Assembly: GCA_037439545.1 (NCBI GenBank)
Contig: JBBIVV010000013.1
Span: 1-58,893, forward strand
Length of the DNA stretch: 58,893 nt
Direction: 5' to 3'
DNA from: a bacterium
GTDB lineage: Bacteria > JAMCPX01
In this document: one piece after another, positions 1 to 9,063 of the stretch
How positions within the stretch are numbered: position 1 is the stretch's first letter
How the letters are laid out: each line of letters begins with the position of its first letter
The notes under the pieces: model-generated
Told to the model about the DNA's origin: nothing
Databases searched by the model: none
What the model saw: only the letters and a program-made list of their open reading frames with translations
Translations under genes and position numbers: made by a program

Positions 1-78
1 TCATCCCTTTCCATAAGGTTACTATAACATTAAACTGGTAACATGAATAGCACAAGTGTTCGTGAGAAAAGGTTTGAG

Positions 79-1092
79 TTATATCCTTATCGGCACACGC
101 GGGTCTTTGGTCCTGCCGACGAACTCGAGAGCGCAGGTCTTAGCGGATATCAGTGTCATAACCTTCTTTTCCTTCTCAAATACGGTAAGCTCCATGTCCG
201 CCACCTTTGTATTATAGCACCAGAGTTTCTCGCCGTCGGGATCTGTATATTCAACACCGACAAATGTATTGAGCCCTGCTTTAATCTCACCACTGAACCG
301 CGTGTTCCCCTGCTGAGAGCTAAGCTTCCATACAGGGAATGCGCTGTCGCTTTTATTCCGGAAAAGACGGACAAGACTGTTCAGATAATAATCCTTACCG
401 AGACATCGAATAAAAAACAGCGTTAATCCGGGACTCAGTCTGTTCCCTATCTTTATCCGTGCTGACAGTCCCTCAAAGATTGCACCGCTGTCTTCTTTGA
501 AGATACTGGAATTTGCCCAGGTCCATTGCTCCGCGTGTTTCGTGCCCCAGAGGTGGGTCTGCTGTCCGGGCTCACCTTTGCATTCGTAAATTTTACCGTT
601 AACTTCGACCTTACCGTTAATTTTTATGCTGAAGTTGGGTGATACTGTCTTGGTTTTCGGGACCGGTGTGCTATACATTAATTTATGCGGAAAGTGGTAG
701 AAGATTTGCATTGTTGGCTCAAACCTTAGGTCCCATTTTATGACACCTTCTTTACCGTGGATCTCGCCGCGTGCGCCTGTCTGGGATATTTCGGCGTCGC
801 AGATCCTGAAGAAAAAACGGTCCTTCTTTATCTCTACTTCTGAAACAGGAAACGACTCTTTGACCGCCCTATTATTGGACGGATTCTTTGAGTCAAAAAA
901 TATGACCCACAGCTCCGCCACTGCATTCCCCTTCAAAGGTGCAAGCAGGGTGTACCTTATCCAGTAAGCTGTCGAGCTTTCATTGTGGTTAAACTTAATG
1001 TAGTAAACCTCATAGTGCCCGGGCTCGCCGTTCCACCTCGTTCTGTTTGCTGCTTCAGCCTCTGTAATCAAAGAGCGGGTATAAACCCCCAT
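79..1092 (-). CDS. Hypothetical protein, possibly tocopherol-cyclase/AttH-like beta-barrel fold
   Basis: 337-aa ORF, last of a co-oriented 4-gene run. Aromatic-rich segments GHYEVYY and HLWGTKHAEQWTW recall the tocopherol cyclase-like family. Family call is from memory only. Confidence 0.4.
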   Translation of the reverse strand: MGVYTRSLITEAEAANRTRWNGEPGHYEVYYIKFNHNESSTAYWIRYTLLAPLKGNAVAELWVIFFDSKNPSNNRAVKESFPVSEVEIKKDRFFFRICDAEISQTGARGEIHGKEGVIKWDLRFEPTMQIFYHFPHKLMYSTPVPKTKTVSPNFSIKINGKVEVNGKIYECKGEPGQQTHLWGTKHAEQWTWANSSIFKEDSGAIFEGLSARIKIGNRLSPGLTLFFIRCLGKDYYLNSLVRLFRNKSDSAFPVWKLSSQQGNTRFSGEIKAGLNTFVGVEYTDPDGEKLWCYNTKVADMELTVFEKEKKVMTLISAKTCALEFVGRTKDPRVPIRI

Positions 1093-1107
1093 CCTTTTTT
1101 ACCCGGT

Positions 1108-1644
1108 TCACTCAGCTAAAACAAAATAAACATCGGTTGGCTTGAATTTCGAGTTCCTCCTGAACTTTGGTTTTACTTTTCTTCCGATAAGTTTTATGGA
1201 CGCCTGTGAAGGATCGACACCTATGAGCCTCGAAAGCATCAGTGTCTTTGCTCCTTCAAACTCGACCAGCACGAGCATGAACGGTGTTTCCTTCAGAAAT
1301 TCTTCGCTCCCGAAATAGCACACCGTAAAGGTATGGATCCTGCCTTCTTTGGGCAGTTCCACCCATTCGCATTCACTCCCGCATTCCTGACAGTGCAATT
1401 TCGGAGTTACTTGTACGTATCCGCATGAAGGGCATTTCGTCCCGAGCAGTCTGCCGTTTGCGAGTCCTGCAAAAAACGGCGAATCCTGTCCATAGCTATG
1501 GATGTAATTTATACCATAGTGCTGAAGTGTTACTATGGGGCTCATACTCTTTAATTGCTTTAAATCTTTCGGGAAAGGGACATTGAATAAAACAGTCCCC
1601 TCTTCTGTTTCTGGTATCGCTGTATTTTCTTTTTCCTTTTTCAT
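1108..1644 (-). CDS. Zn-ribbon/OB-fold (DUF35) thiolase-partner protein
   Basis: CPSC...CQEC zinc ribbon followed by the OB-fold segment GRIHTFTV; lies directly downstream of a thiolase-family gene. Confidence 0.85.
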   Translation of the reverse strand: MKKEKENTAIPETEEGTVLFNVPFPKDLKQLKSMSPIVTLQHYGINYIHSYGQDSPFFAGLANGRLLGTKCPSCGYVQVTPKLHCQECGSECEWVELPKEGRIHTFTVCYFGSEEFLKETPFMLVLVEFEGAKTLMLSRLIGVDPSQASIKLIGRKVKPKFRRNSKFKPTDVYFVLAE

Positions 1645-1654
1645 CGCGTCCTCC

Positions 1655-2965
1655 TTAAGCCTTTTCCAGTATTGAAACCGTTACATACGTTCCTGTTCCT
1701 GCGTGGCTGTGTATCGCGCCTCTCTGCGCATCTTTGACCTGCAGCATGTCGTTGCCAAAGTGTTTTTTTATGGAATGCTGTATCTGCCAGAATGCAAACA
1801 CTGCCTGCATAAGGCCTGTTGCTCCAACTGGATGCCCGCATGCTATCAAACCGCCGGAAGGGTTCACCGGGATTGTACCTTTTTTCTTCAATTTGAGACC
1901 ATAATCTATGTTGGGCAGGAACGGATTACCGGCTTCGACAAATTTACCGCCTTCCCCGTACTTGCAGAGACCCATATCTTCATAGGTCTGGATTTCTGAA
2001 GATGTGTAAGCATCATGAAGTTCAACAAAATCAATATCCTTCCTCGGGTCTTTAATCTTTGCCATTTCATAAGCAAGTTTTGTTGCCATTCTGCCTGCCC
2101 TGAATGAGTGTATGCCCGGATAATCAAGGTGCTTATAGTCATTCGGCGATTCATGCGGCAGGAGAATCACTTTTCCGTGCGGCCGGTCAGCCATTCTCAT
2201 ACTATCGGTACCTCTGCCGACACCCGAAATTCTTACCGGGTTTAGCTTTGTACCTGATATTTTTTCAAGTTTTCTTACGCCTTCTTCGCTTGCAAGCAAT
2301 GCAACAGCGGCTCCATCGGACATAACACATACATCGAGCCTTGTGATGGGCCATGCCACCATGGGAGCACTGCGTACATCCTTGATCGTAAGCTGTTCGC
2401 GCTTCTGTGCATAAGGATTGTGGTAAGCATTTATGTGGTTCTTTACCGATACCATTGCCATCTGCTCCACCTTTGTTCCGAACTCCTTCATGTGCCTGAC
2501 GACCATCATTGCATAATAACCCGTATAAAAACCCCCGACCGGATAATCAAAATTTACATCAGATGCCAGTGCGATGAACTCATTTCCCTTCCATGTATTT
2601 ACATGGGACATTGTTTCAAATCCGAAGGCAAGACACACATCCATAACGCCGGATGCAACGGACTTATATCCTTCCTGAAAGCATATACCGCCGGTTGCAC
2701 CGCCGCCTTCGACCCTGTGTCCCGGCTTTGGGACAAGGCCTAAATAATCCTGCACCATGATTCCGGCCATCAACTGCCGTGTGAAGTGATCCGAAAAATA
2801 GGATGCAACGGTGCCGTCAATGGCAGAGACCGCCTCCCTGTGCGTAAGCCCTATGTCGTTCAGCGCATAATCATAAGCCTTTTTCACCATCAACTGAAAA
2901 GTCATTTCCGGTCGTGCCTTTGCAAACTTCGTTATCCCGCCGGATACCATATAAACTGGTCTCAT
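1655..2965 (-). CDS. Thiolase-fold protein (SCP2/archaeal type), catalytic cysteines absent
   Basis: Thiolase motifs SDGAAVALL, ELHDAY, VNPSGGLIACGHPVGATG. The nucleophile loop reads VEGGGATGG instead of VExACASG. Confidence 0.85.
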   Translation of the reverse strand: MRPVYMVSGGITKFAKARPEMTFQLMVKKAYDYALNDIGLTHREAVSAIDGTVASYFSDHFTRQLMAGIMVQDYLGLVPKPGHRVEGGGATGGICFQEGYKSVASGVMDVCLAFGFETMSHVNTWKGNEFIALASDVNFDYPVGGFYTGYYAMMVVRHMKEFGTKVEQMAMVSVKNHINAYHNPYAQKREQLTIKDVRSAPMVAWPITRLDVCVMSDGAAVALLASEEGVRKLEKISGTKLNPVRISGVGRGTDSMRMADRPHGKVILLPHESPNDYKHLDYPGIHSFRAGRMATKLAYEMAKIKDPRKDIDFVELHDAYTSSEIQTYEDMGLCKYGEGGKFVEAGNPFLPNIDYGLKLKKKGTIPVNPSGGLIACGHPVGATGLMQAVFAFWQIQHSIKKHFGNDMLQVKDAQRGAIHSHAGTGTYVTVSILEKA

Positions 2966-2989
2966 GTTTTCTCCTTTCTCTCTACTTAT

Positions 2990-3391
2990 TTATAGTCTGG
3001 ATTTTATTTCTTTCTTCACAAAATCGAGTATTGTTTCAAGGCTCGTTCCAGGCGTAAATATGCCTTTTACTCCAATCTTTTTTAAGTAAGCCGCATCTTC
3101 CTCGGGAATGATACCGCCGCCGAAAACAGTAATGTCATTAAGCCCTTTTTCCTGAAGCAGGTCAACAATCTTTTTGAAAAGCGTATTGTGTGCACCAGAG
3201 AGTATGCTCAACCCGATCGCATCGACATCTTCCTGAACGGCTGTTGCTACAATCATTTCTGGTGTCTGGTGAAGTCCTGTATAAATTACCTCATACCCCG
3301 CATCCCTGAGCATTCTTGCAATGATCCTCGCACCACGGTCGTGACCGTCAAGCCCTGGTTTGCCTACAAGTATCCTAAGCTTCTTTGCCAT
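2990..3391 (-). CDS. Cobalamin-binding domain protein (acyl-CoA mutase small-subunit type)
   Basis: KPGLDGHDRG base-off/His-on motif, GLSILSGAH, FGGGIIP. Start moved to ATG 3391, which follows a GAGGA RBS. Confidence 0.9.
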   Translation of the reverse strand: MAKKLRILVGKPGLDGHDRGARIIARMLRDAGYEVIYTGLHQTPEMIVATAVQEDVDAIGLSILSGAHNTLFKKIVDLLQEKGLNDITVFGGGIIPEEDAAYLKKIGVKGIFTPGTSLETILDFVKKEIKSRL

Positions 3392-3491
3392 AATTCCTCT
3401 CTGAGGGGCGGGGTAATCCCGCTCCAACGATACTAAAGCATGAACCTATAAAACATTGCAACAGAATATGAAAAATGTTAACCGCCAAAAT

Positions 3492-3602
3492 TCAGTAAAC
3501 CCCGTGAGAAATGACGTGGCTTTAAACCACGCCCTTTCTATAAGGAATTAAAAATTATCAAATTAACCCCACCATGAATGGTGGGGCTTTCTCACGGGGT
3601 AA
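3492..3602. repeat. Miniature inverted-repeat element (MITE/REP-like), full copy
   Basis: Perfect 13-bp terminal inverted repeats accccgtgagaaa (3499-3511) / tttctcacggggt (3588-3600). Two internal hairpins: cgtgg/ccacg and ccccacca/tggtgggg. The left ~55 bp recur at 17868-17921. Confidence 0.75.
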
Positions 3603-3670
3603 TATCGAGGTTTAAGAAGCAGGGACATTAAATTTTACGCCCCTGCAACTACAACAATTCATTTCCCGGT

Positions 3671-4540
3671 TTAATGTTTTTCCTGCAGCGCTTTCAGCAC
3701 CGCCTGACTCATAATATCGACCGGCGGCTCGATGCCTGTCCAGATTTTGAAGCTCTCGGCGCCCTGATACACAAGCATGCCGGTGCCGCCGTGTGTCTTT
3801 AGCCCAGCCTGCTTAGCCATTTTTAGCAGAGGTGTTTCTATGGGATTGTAAACAATATCGGATATTACCGTATCCTTGCTGAAGCGCGTTAAATCGATGT
3901 CATTGAAATGGCTTATGGAGCCTGCCGGCACGTCGTTTTTCATTCCAACGGATGTCGTATTAACGACGAGAGCTATATCCTTCATGTGTAACTCGTGAAC
4001 CCTTTCAATATGAAGTGCCTGCATTGATACCTCCGGGAAATAAGTGTCGAGATGTTCAAGGAGTTCATCGGCACGTTTTAAAGTCCTGTTGGCTATTATC
4101 AGTTTTCTGCAGCCTGCCTCCAGCAAAGAAAATGCAACAGCCTTTGCAGCACCGCCGGCGCCTATCAGCAGGACCTGCTTTGCAGAAGGATCAAACCCCG
4201 CTTGTTCCTTCAATGACTTTATGTATCCTGTGCCGTCCGTATTATATCCTTTGAATTGCCCGTTCTGGTTATTGACCGTATTAACGGCACCGATGCTGAC
4301 CGCTCTTTCGTCAATACTGTCAAGGTGAGCCATGATGGCCTCTTTGTAAGGTATCGTTACATTGAAACCTTTGATATTTTCTTTTTTAAACCGGGTCACT
4401 GCATACGACAGGTTCTCCGGCAGTATATCAAAACTGAGATAAACATAATCAATACCAAGGTGGAATATGGCTGACATATGCATGGGGACCGATACACTGT
4501 GATCCAACGGATGGCCGACAATGCCGAGGATATTTGTCAC
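3671..4540 (-). CDS. aroE: Shikimate dehydrogenase
   Basis: GHPLDHSVS, GFNVTIPYK, GAVNT, NTDG, GAGGAA, DIVYNP and MLVYQG motifs. Confidence 0.95.
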   Translation of the reverse strand: MTNILGIVGHPLDHSVSVPMHMSAIFHLGIDYVYLSFDILPENLSYAVTRFKKENIKGFNVTIPYKEAIMAHLDSIDERAVSIGAVNTVNNQNGQFKGYNTDGTGYIKSLKEQAGFDPSAKQVLLIGAGGAAKAVAFSLLEAGCRKLIIANRTLKRADELLEHLDTYFPEVSMQALHIERVHELHMKDIALVVNTTSVGMKNDVPAGSISHFNDIDLTRFSKDTVISDIVYNPIETPLLKMAKQAGLKTHGGTGMLVYQGAESFKIWTGIEPPVDIMSQAVLKALQEKH

Positions 4541-5511
4541 ACCGTTATCCTCCTGCCGGCAGCACCGGTTTCCACGGATAATATATCCCTTGCGATTTTT
4601 ATATCCCCGGTGATTTTTTGTTTCAGTTCTTCTGCTGTGGAAAATCTTTCCTCGTCCCTTATTTTCTGTATAAATTCAACCTGAATCTGTTCTCCGACGA
4701 CGTTCCTGTCAAAATCCAGCAGGTGTACCTCTATTTTAAGCTCATGCCCCCCAAAGGTCGGGTTTAACCCAATATTCGCAACACCATTATGCGGACTGTT
4801 ATTGTGCTGCTCATTGTTGAATGAAGCCCTTATAGCGTAAACCCCGTTTTGAGGGAGGAGCTCCCACCGTGTATCGATATTTGCCGTTGGAATGCCAAGT
4901 ATGTTTGTTCCGCGGTGTGTGCCGGTAACGACAACGCCTTTAATATAAGGTGTATATCCGAGAAATTTTGCAGCATCGCGGACCTGCCCATATTTTATGT
5001 GCTGCCTGATCCTTGAGCTCGACACCACTTTCCCCTGAATGACATAAGGCTCTGCTATCACGACATTGTATCCATACTCTTTGCCGAAGGATTTTAATAA
5101 TGACACATCCCCGCTTGCCATCCTGCCGAAAGTAAAATTATTTCCGACAACAATAGTGGACGGGTTTATAAGCTCCTTCAGGATCCTCCTCGCATATTCA
5201 TGGGGCGACATCTTTGCAAAATCTCTCGTAAACTCCGCGACAATGATTGTTTCAACGCCGATCTTTTTTATGAGTTCATACTTCTCCTCGAAAGGCAGCA
5301 ATAAATAACTCATTTCATGCGGGTTAAAAAATTTATAGGGGTGTGGCTCAAATGTCATTGCAGCCGGTAAAGCACCCAGGAGTTTCGCCTTTGACATCGT
5401 CTGCTCGAGGATATATTTGTGTCCGAGGTGAACGCCGTCAAAATTGCCTATGGTGAGCACACAGCCGTCGAGCTTTTTAGAAGAAGTATTTATCTTGTCA
5501 AGTACAATCAT
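4537..5511 (-). CDS. ribF: Bifunctional riboflavin kinase/FAD synthetase
   Basis: IGNFDGVHLGH, TFEPHP, VSSSRIR, GIPTAN and IEVHLLDF motifs. Confidence 0.95.
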   Translation of the reverse strand: MIVLDKINTSSKKLDGCVLTIGNFDGVHLGHKYILEQTMSKAKLLGALPAAMTFEPHPYKFFNPHEMSYLLLPFEEKYELIKKIGVETIIVAEFTRDFAKMSPHEYARRILKELINPSTIVVGNNFTFGRMASGDVSLLKSFGKEYGYNVVIAEPYVIQGKVVSSSRIRQHIKYGQVRDAAKFLGYTPYIKGVVVTGTHRGTNILGIPTANIDTRWELLPQNGVYAIRASFNNEQHNNSPHNGVANIGLNPTFGGHELKIEVHLLDFDRNVVGEQIQVEFIQKIRDEERFSTAEELKQKITGDIKIARDILSVETGAAGRRITV

Positions 5512-6716
5512 TCTTTATTTGTAACTATCAAATCAATAAAGTCAACACCATTTATATCTGCATCGAGGGAAAACGCCTTCAGAATGGTTTTGCCTATATC
5601 ACAGAAGCATTGCCTTGTACCGAGGGGCATGCCTTTTATATAGTTCATGAAAACAAGGATCGGTATTGTTTCTCTTGTATGATCCGTGCCCGGCGTCGTT
5701 GGATCGCACCCATGATCGGCGGTTATGATGAGCATGGTCTTATCATCCATGTTATTGATAATATCCGCCAATCTTACATCAAAATATTCAAGCGCTTTTT
5801 TGAAGCCTTGCGGATCATTTCTGTGACCGTAAAGGGTATCAAAATCATTCAGGTTCGTAAAAACAAGACCATTTTTAATGTTCCTGCAGGCCTTTATCGT
5901 TTCTTCTATGCCTTCTTCGTTCGTGCCGGTATGAATTGCCCGGGTTATACCTCTGCCGGAAAAAATATCCCCTATTTTCCCTATGGCAACGACCTCAAGA
6001 CCATTATTTTTAAGTATATCCAACACTGTAGTTCCCGGTGGAGGTACGGAAAAATCCTTTCTTCTGCCTGTGCGCTTGAAATTTCCCTTGCTTCCGGCAA
6101 ACGGCCTTGCGATGACCCTTTCGACATGGTAAGGGTCTACTATTTTTCTGGCTGCTTCGCACCACCGGTACAGATCCGCCACCGGAACAATCTCTTCATG
6201 GGCTGCTATCTGGAATACGCTGTCGGCAGACGTATAAACAATGGGCATACCTGTTTTTAAATGCTGCTCCCCGAGTTCTTCTATGATTTCAGTGCCGGAT
6301 GCCGGCTTATTGCCCAGCACTTTTCTGTTGATCCCGGATTCGAACGCCGAAATCATCGCATCCGGGAAGCCGTGCGGAAATACGGCAAACGGCTTATCGG
6401 TTATCACGCCCATAATCTCCCAGTGTCCTGTGGTCGTGTCCTTGCCTTTTGATACTTCGATTGCCCTTCCGTAACAGCCGTCAGGACTGTCTGTTGCCTG
6501 TTGGAATGGAAATTCAGTTATATTTGCAAGCCCCAGTTTATACATGTTGGGGAGGTGCAGTCCGCCTGTTGCTTTTGCAGTATTGATAAGTGTGCTGCTG
6601 CCCGAATCACCATAGTTATCTGCATCAGGCGCTTCACCTATCCCGACTCCGTCGAGCACTATTATCATTATTTTTGTTATACTGTTTTTTATCATTTGCA
6701 TCTTACTATTATTCAT
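5508..6716 (-). CDS. deoB: Phosphopentomutase
   Basis: VLDGVGIG, GKDTTTGHWE, YTSADSVFQIAAHE, YGHRND, TADHGCDPT and DHTRE motifs. Exact start uncertain. Confidence 0.95.
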   Translation of the reverse strand: MNNSKMQMIKNSITKIMIIVLDGVGIGEAPDADNYGDSGSSTLINTAKATGGLHLPNMYKLGLANITEFPFQQATDSPDGCYGRAIEVSKGKDTTTGHWEIMGVITDKPFAVFPHGFPDAMISAFESGINRKVLGNKPASGTEIIEELGEQHLKTGMPIVYTSADSVFQIAAHEEIVPVADLYRWCEAARKIVDPYHVERVIARPFAGSKGNFKRTGRRKDFSVPPPGTTVLDILKNNGLEVVAIGKIGDIFSGRGITRAIHTGTNEEGIEETIKACRNIKNGLVFTNLNDFDTLYGHRNDPQGFKKALEYFDVRLADIINNMDDKTMLIITADHGCDPTTPGTDHTRETIPILVFMNYIKGMPLGTRQCFCDIGKTILKAFSLDADINGVDFIDLIVTNKE

Positions 6717-6772
6717 GCTATATAATAAAAAATTTTTTTGATATAGTAAAGAAAAGAAAAAGGGAGGGCTAT

Positions 6773-8680
6773 ATGAAAATAAAGAAGTTAGCAGCAGGAT
6801 GCCGGATACTTATGGTATCGCTTATGTTATCACTTGTAATGCCACTGATGATCTTGTCGGGATGTAGTACGACAAAAACTACTTCCACCACCTCGAATGC
6901 TTATTATATTTCACTGACAGCAACCCAATTTGCAATACCTGCAGACGGCTCCACGACAACCGGATTGACCGCAACCATCAAGACACTGAGCGGAACAAAT
7001 ATTACCGATGGTTCAGATGTGCATTTTGTTACAACAAATGGCATATTTACCGGAGCATCCGGTTCCATAGGTCAATCAGCTACCATCGCCACAACAGGCG
7101 GGCAGGCTTCCATAAGCCTCCAGAGCGCTACGACGCCTGAACAGGCGCAGATAACGGCAAGCGTAGGAGGATACAGCGGAAATACATTTATCTCATTTAC
7201 CTCCACTTCTTCCGGTACAGGTACGGGAACTGGCACAGGAACAGGAACCGGGACCGGGACAGGGACGACATCAACCACGTTCGTAGCATCCAACCTGACT
7301 GCAACTTCAACAGAGTTGAGGGTAACGCCCTTTTTACCCCATTTATCAACTTTAATACTTACCGCAGCCGATGCAGCAGGCAATGCAGTACCTAACGGAA
7401 CAGTAGCAACTTTTACAATTAAGAATAATCCAGGAGGCGGATGCCAGTTTATTTCACCATCAGGTACTCCTCTTGGTACATCTTTCAATACACCGATTAA
7501 CAGCAATACGGCATCTGCTATATTCAGCAGCGGCACACACTCAGGTGTATCGCTTATAACTGCGGCATACACGATAAGCGGTCAGACATTCATAAACTCT
7601 GTATGGCTCGTAATTGACGGGGGCCCCGTTTCTGGCGGTATTCACTTTGGCATAGCCGAAGATTCCATACAGTCTATTCAAGGACTTGTGAAATACGGGT
7701 TAACAACAAATATCTCTGTTTATTTAACAGACAGATATTCAAACCCGGTTCCTGATGGTACACCGGTATATTTTTCTTCAAGAGGTGGTTTAATAGACCC
7801 AATTGCCTACACGGCAAAGGGTCGGGCATCAACAATATTGTATACCAGTGTCCTGCCGCAGCAAAGTCTTGTTTCCATTCCAATGGATATAAATACGAGA
7901 ACACCATTCGTTAATGTGTTCAATACTCCCATAAACGGGTACAATACGGTCATAGCGTACACGTACGGCGAAGAATGGTTCAATGATGTTAATCAGGACG
8001 GCATTCATGAGACCGGAGAACCTGTTATACATCAGGGCGATCCATGGTTAGATGCAAACGATGACGGTGTTTATGACCCTTATACTACATGGTATCACAA
8101 TAATACGGGCACTGCTTGCGGGGGCGGTTGTTTTACGAATACCATAACCGGTGTACACCCTATTACTACAGATACCTTCGGCAATCCTTATCCTTCAAGT
8201 ACTGTATCCTCGCAAACTGATAATGAATGGTACTGGCCAAGGTATGCAGGCGCACCATATTCACCGCCTGCCGTAGATCCGACAAATAGCGAATGGTTTT
8301 CTCAAACAGCAGTATGGAACAGCATTATAGTCGTATATTCAGGCTATCCGGTAATTTCTTTCGCGCCGACGGCAGCAACGATACCTACTGGTTCAAGTGC
8401 TCTTTTTACCGTGTACTTTGGAGATGAAAACGGTAACATATTGGCACCGAGCAGTACCATAACCCCTTCATTTCAAGGAGGGATTCAAGCCACTGTATTC
8501 CCGACATCCTACGATGCAGGCGCACAAAATATGGGGCAATTTATCGTTTCAGTTGCTGCAACACTTTTGCCAAACAATATGGCGCAGAGCGGATTTCTTC
8601 AATTGTCTCTCACATCGCCAAATATTTCTGCCAATGGTGGTACAATGGCTGTGGAAATACCTATCACCATAATACCTTAA
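6773..8680 (+). CDS. Surface lipoprotein with invasin/Big_1-like Ig domains
   Basis: Start moved to ATG 6773 after a GGGAGG RBS. Lipobox ILSG|C; repeated Ig-like motifs (IPADGSTT, DAAGNAVPNGTVATF, DRYSNPVPDGTPVYF); Ca-binding-like DVNQDG and DANDDG loops; Ser/Thr rich. Confidence 0.7.
   Translation: MKIKKLAAGCRILMVSLMLSLVMPLMILSGCSTTKTTSTTSNAYYISLTATQFAIPADGSTTTGLTATIKTLSGTNITDGSDVHFVTTNGIFTGASGSIGQSATIATTGGQASISLQSATTPEQAQITASVGGYSGNTFISFTSTSSGTGTGTGTGTGTGTGTGTTSTTFVASNLTATSTELRVTPFLPHLSTLILTAADAAGNAVPNGTVATFTIKNNPGGGCQFISPSGTPLGTSFNTPINSNTASAIFSSGTHSGVSLITAAYTISGQTFINSVWLVIDGGPVSGGIHFGIAEDSIQSIQGLVKYGLTTNISVYLTDRYSNPVPDGTPVYFSSRGGLIDPIAYTAKGRASTILYTSVLPQQSLVSIPMDINTRTPFVNVFNTPINGYNTVIAYTYGEEWFNDVNQDGIHETGEPVIHQGDPWLDANDDGVYDPYTTWYHNNTGTACGGGCFTNTITGVHPITTDTFGNPYPSSTVSSQTDNEWYWPRYAGAPYSPPAVDPTNSEWFSQTAVWNSIIVVYSGYPVISFAPTAATIPTGSSALFTVYFGDENGNILAPSSTITPSFQGGIQATVFPTSYDAGAQNMGQFIVSVAATLLPNNMAQSGFLQLSLTSPNISANGGTMAVEIPITIIP
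7214..7267 (+). repeat. (Gly-Thr)9 coding linker repeat
   Basis: Nine GGN-ACN units in frame within the lipoprotein gene. Confidence 0.9.
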
Positions 8681-8710
8681 AAAGGTGTATTCAAGAATAA
8701 AGACGGCAAG

Positions 8711-8738
8711 AGAGGGGCACGTTGAAACGTGCCCCTCT
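8711..8738 (+). terminator. Strong hairpin between the lipoprotein gene and gatC (terminator or stabiliser)
   Basis: Perfect inverted repeat agaggggcacgtt / aacgtgcccctct, but only a weak U tract follows. Confidence 0.5.
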
Positions 8739-8769
8739 TAATTCGTTAAAGATCAACAAAGGAATAATT

Positions 8770-9063
8770 ATGAAGGAAAAAATTACCATAGATGTAAAAA
8801 AAGTAGCTGCGCTTGCGAGGCTTGAATTTTCAGACGACGAGTTAAAGGTATTTAGTTCTCAATTTCAGGCTATACTCGAATACATAAGCCAGATCGATGA
8901 GCTCGAGCTTGACACGGTAGAACCGATGGCAAGCCCTCTGCCGGGGCATCAGAGGCTAAGAAAAGATGAACGGGATGAAAGAGGACTCTCCAACCAGACG
9001 GCGGTTGACAATGCTCCTAAATCCAGAGACGGCTTTTTTGTCGTACCGAAGGTCATAGAGTAA
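8770..9063 (+). CDS. gatC: Asp/Glu-tRNA amidotransferase subunit C
   Basis: VAALARL...NAP...FFVVPKVIE pattern; overlaps the gatA start. Start moved to ATG 8770. Confidence 0.92.
   Translation: MKEKITIDVKKVAALARLEFSDDELKVFSSQFQAILEYISQIDELELDTVEPMASPLPGHQRLRKDERDERGLSNQTAVDNAPKSRDGFFVVPKVIE

Noticed and set aside
6590..6772. Cys-rich N-terminal extension of the 696-aa ORF
   Set aside because: It overlaps deoB on the opposite strand; the RBS and signal peptide point to ATG 6773.
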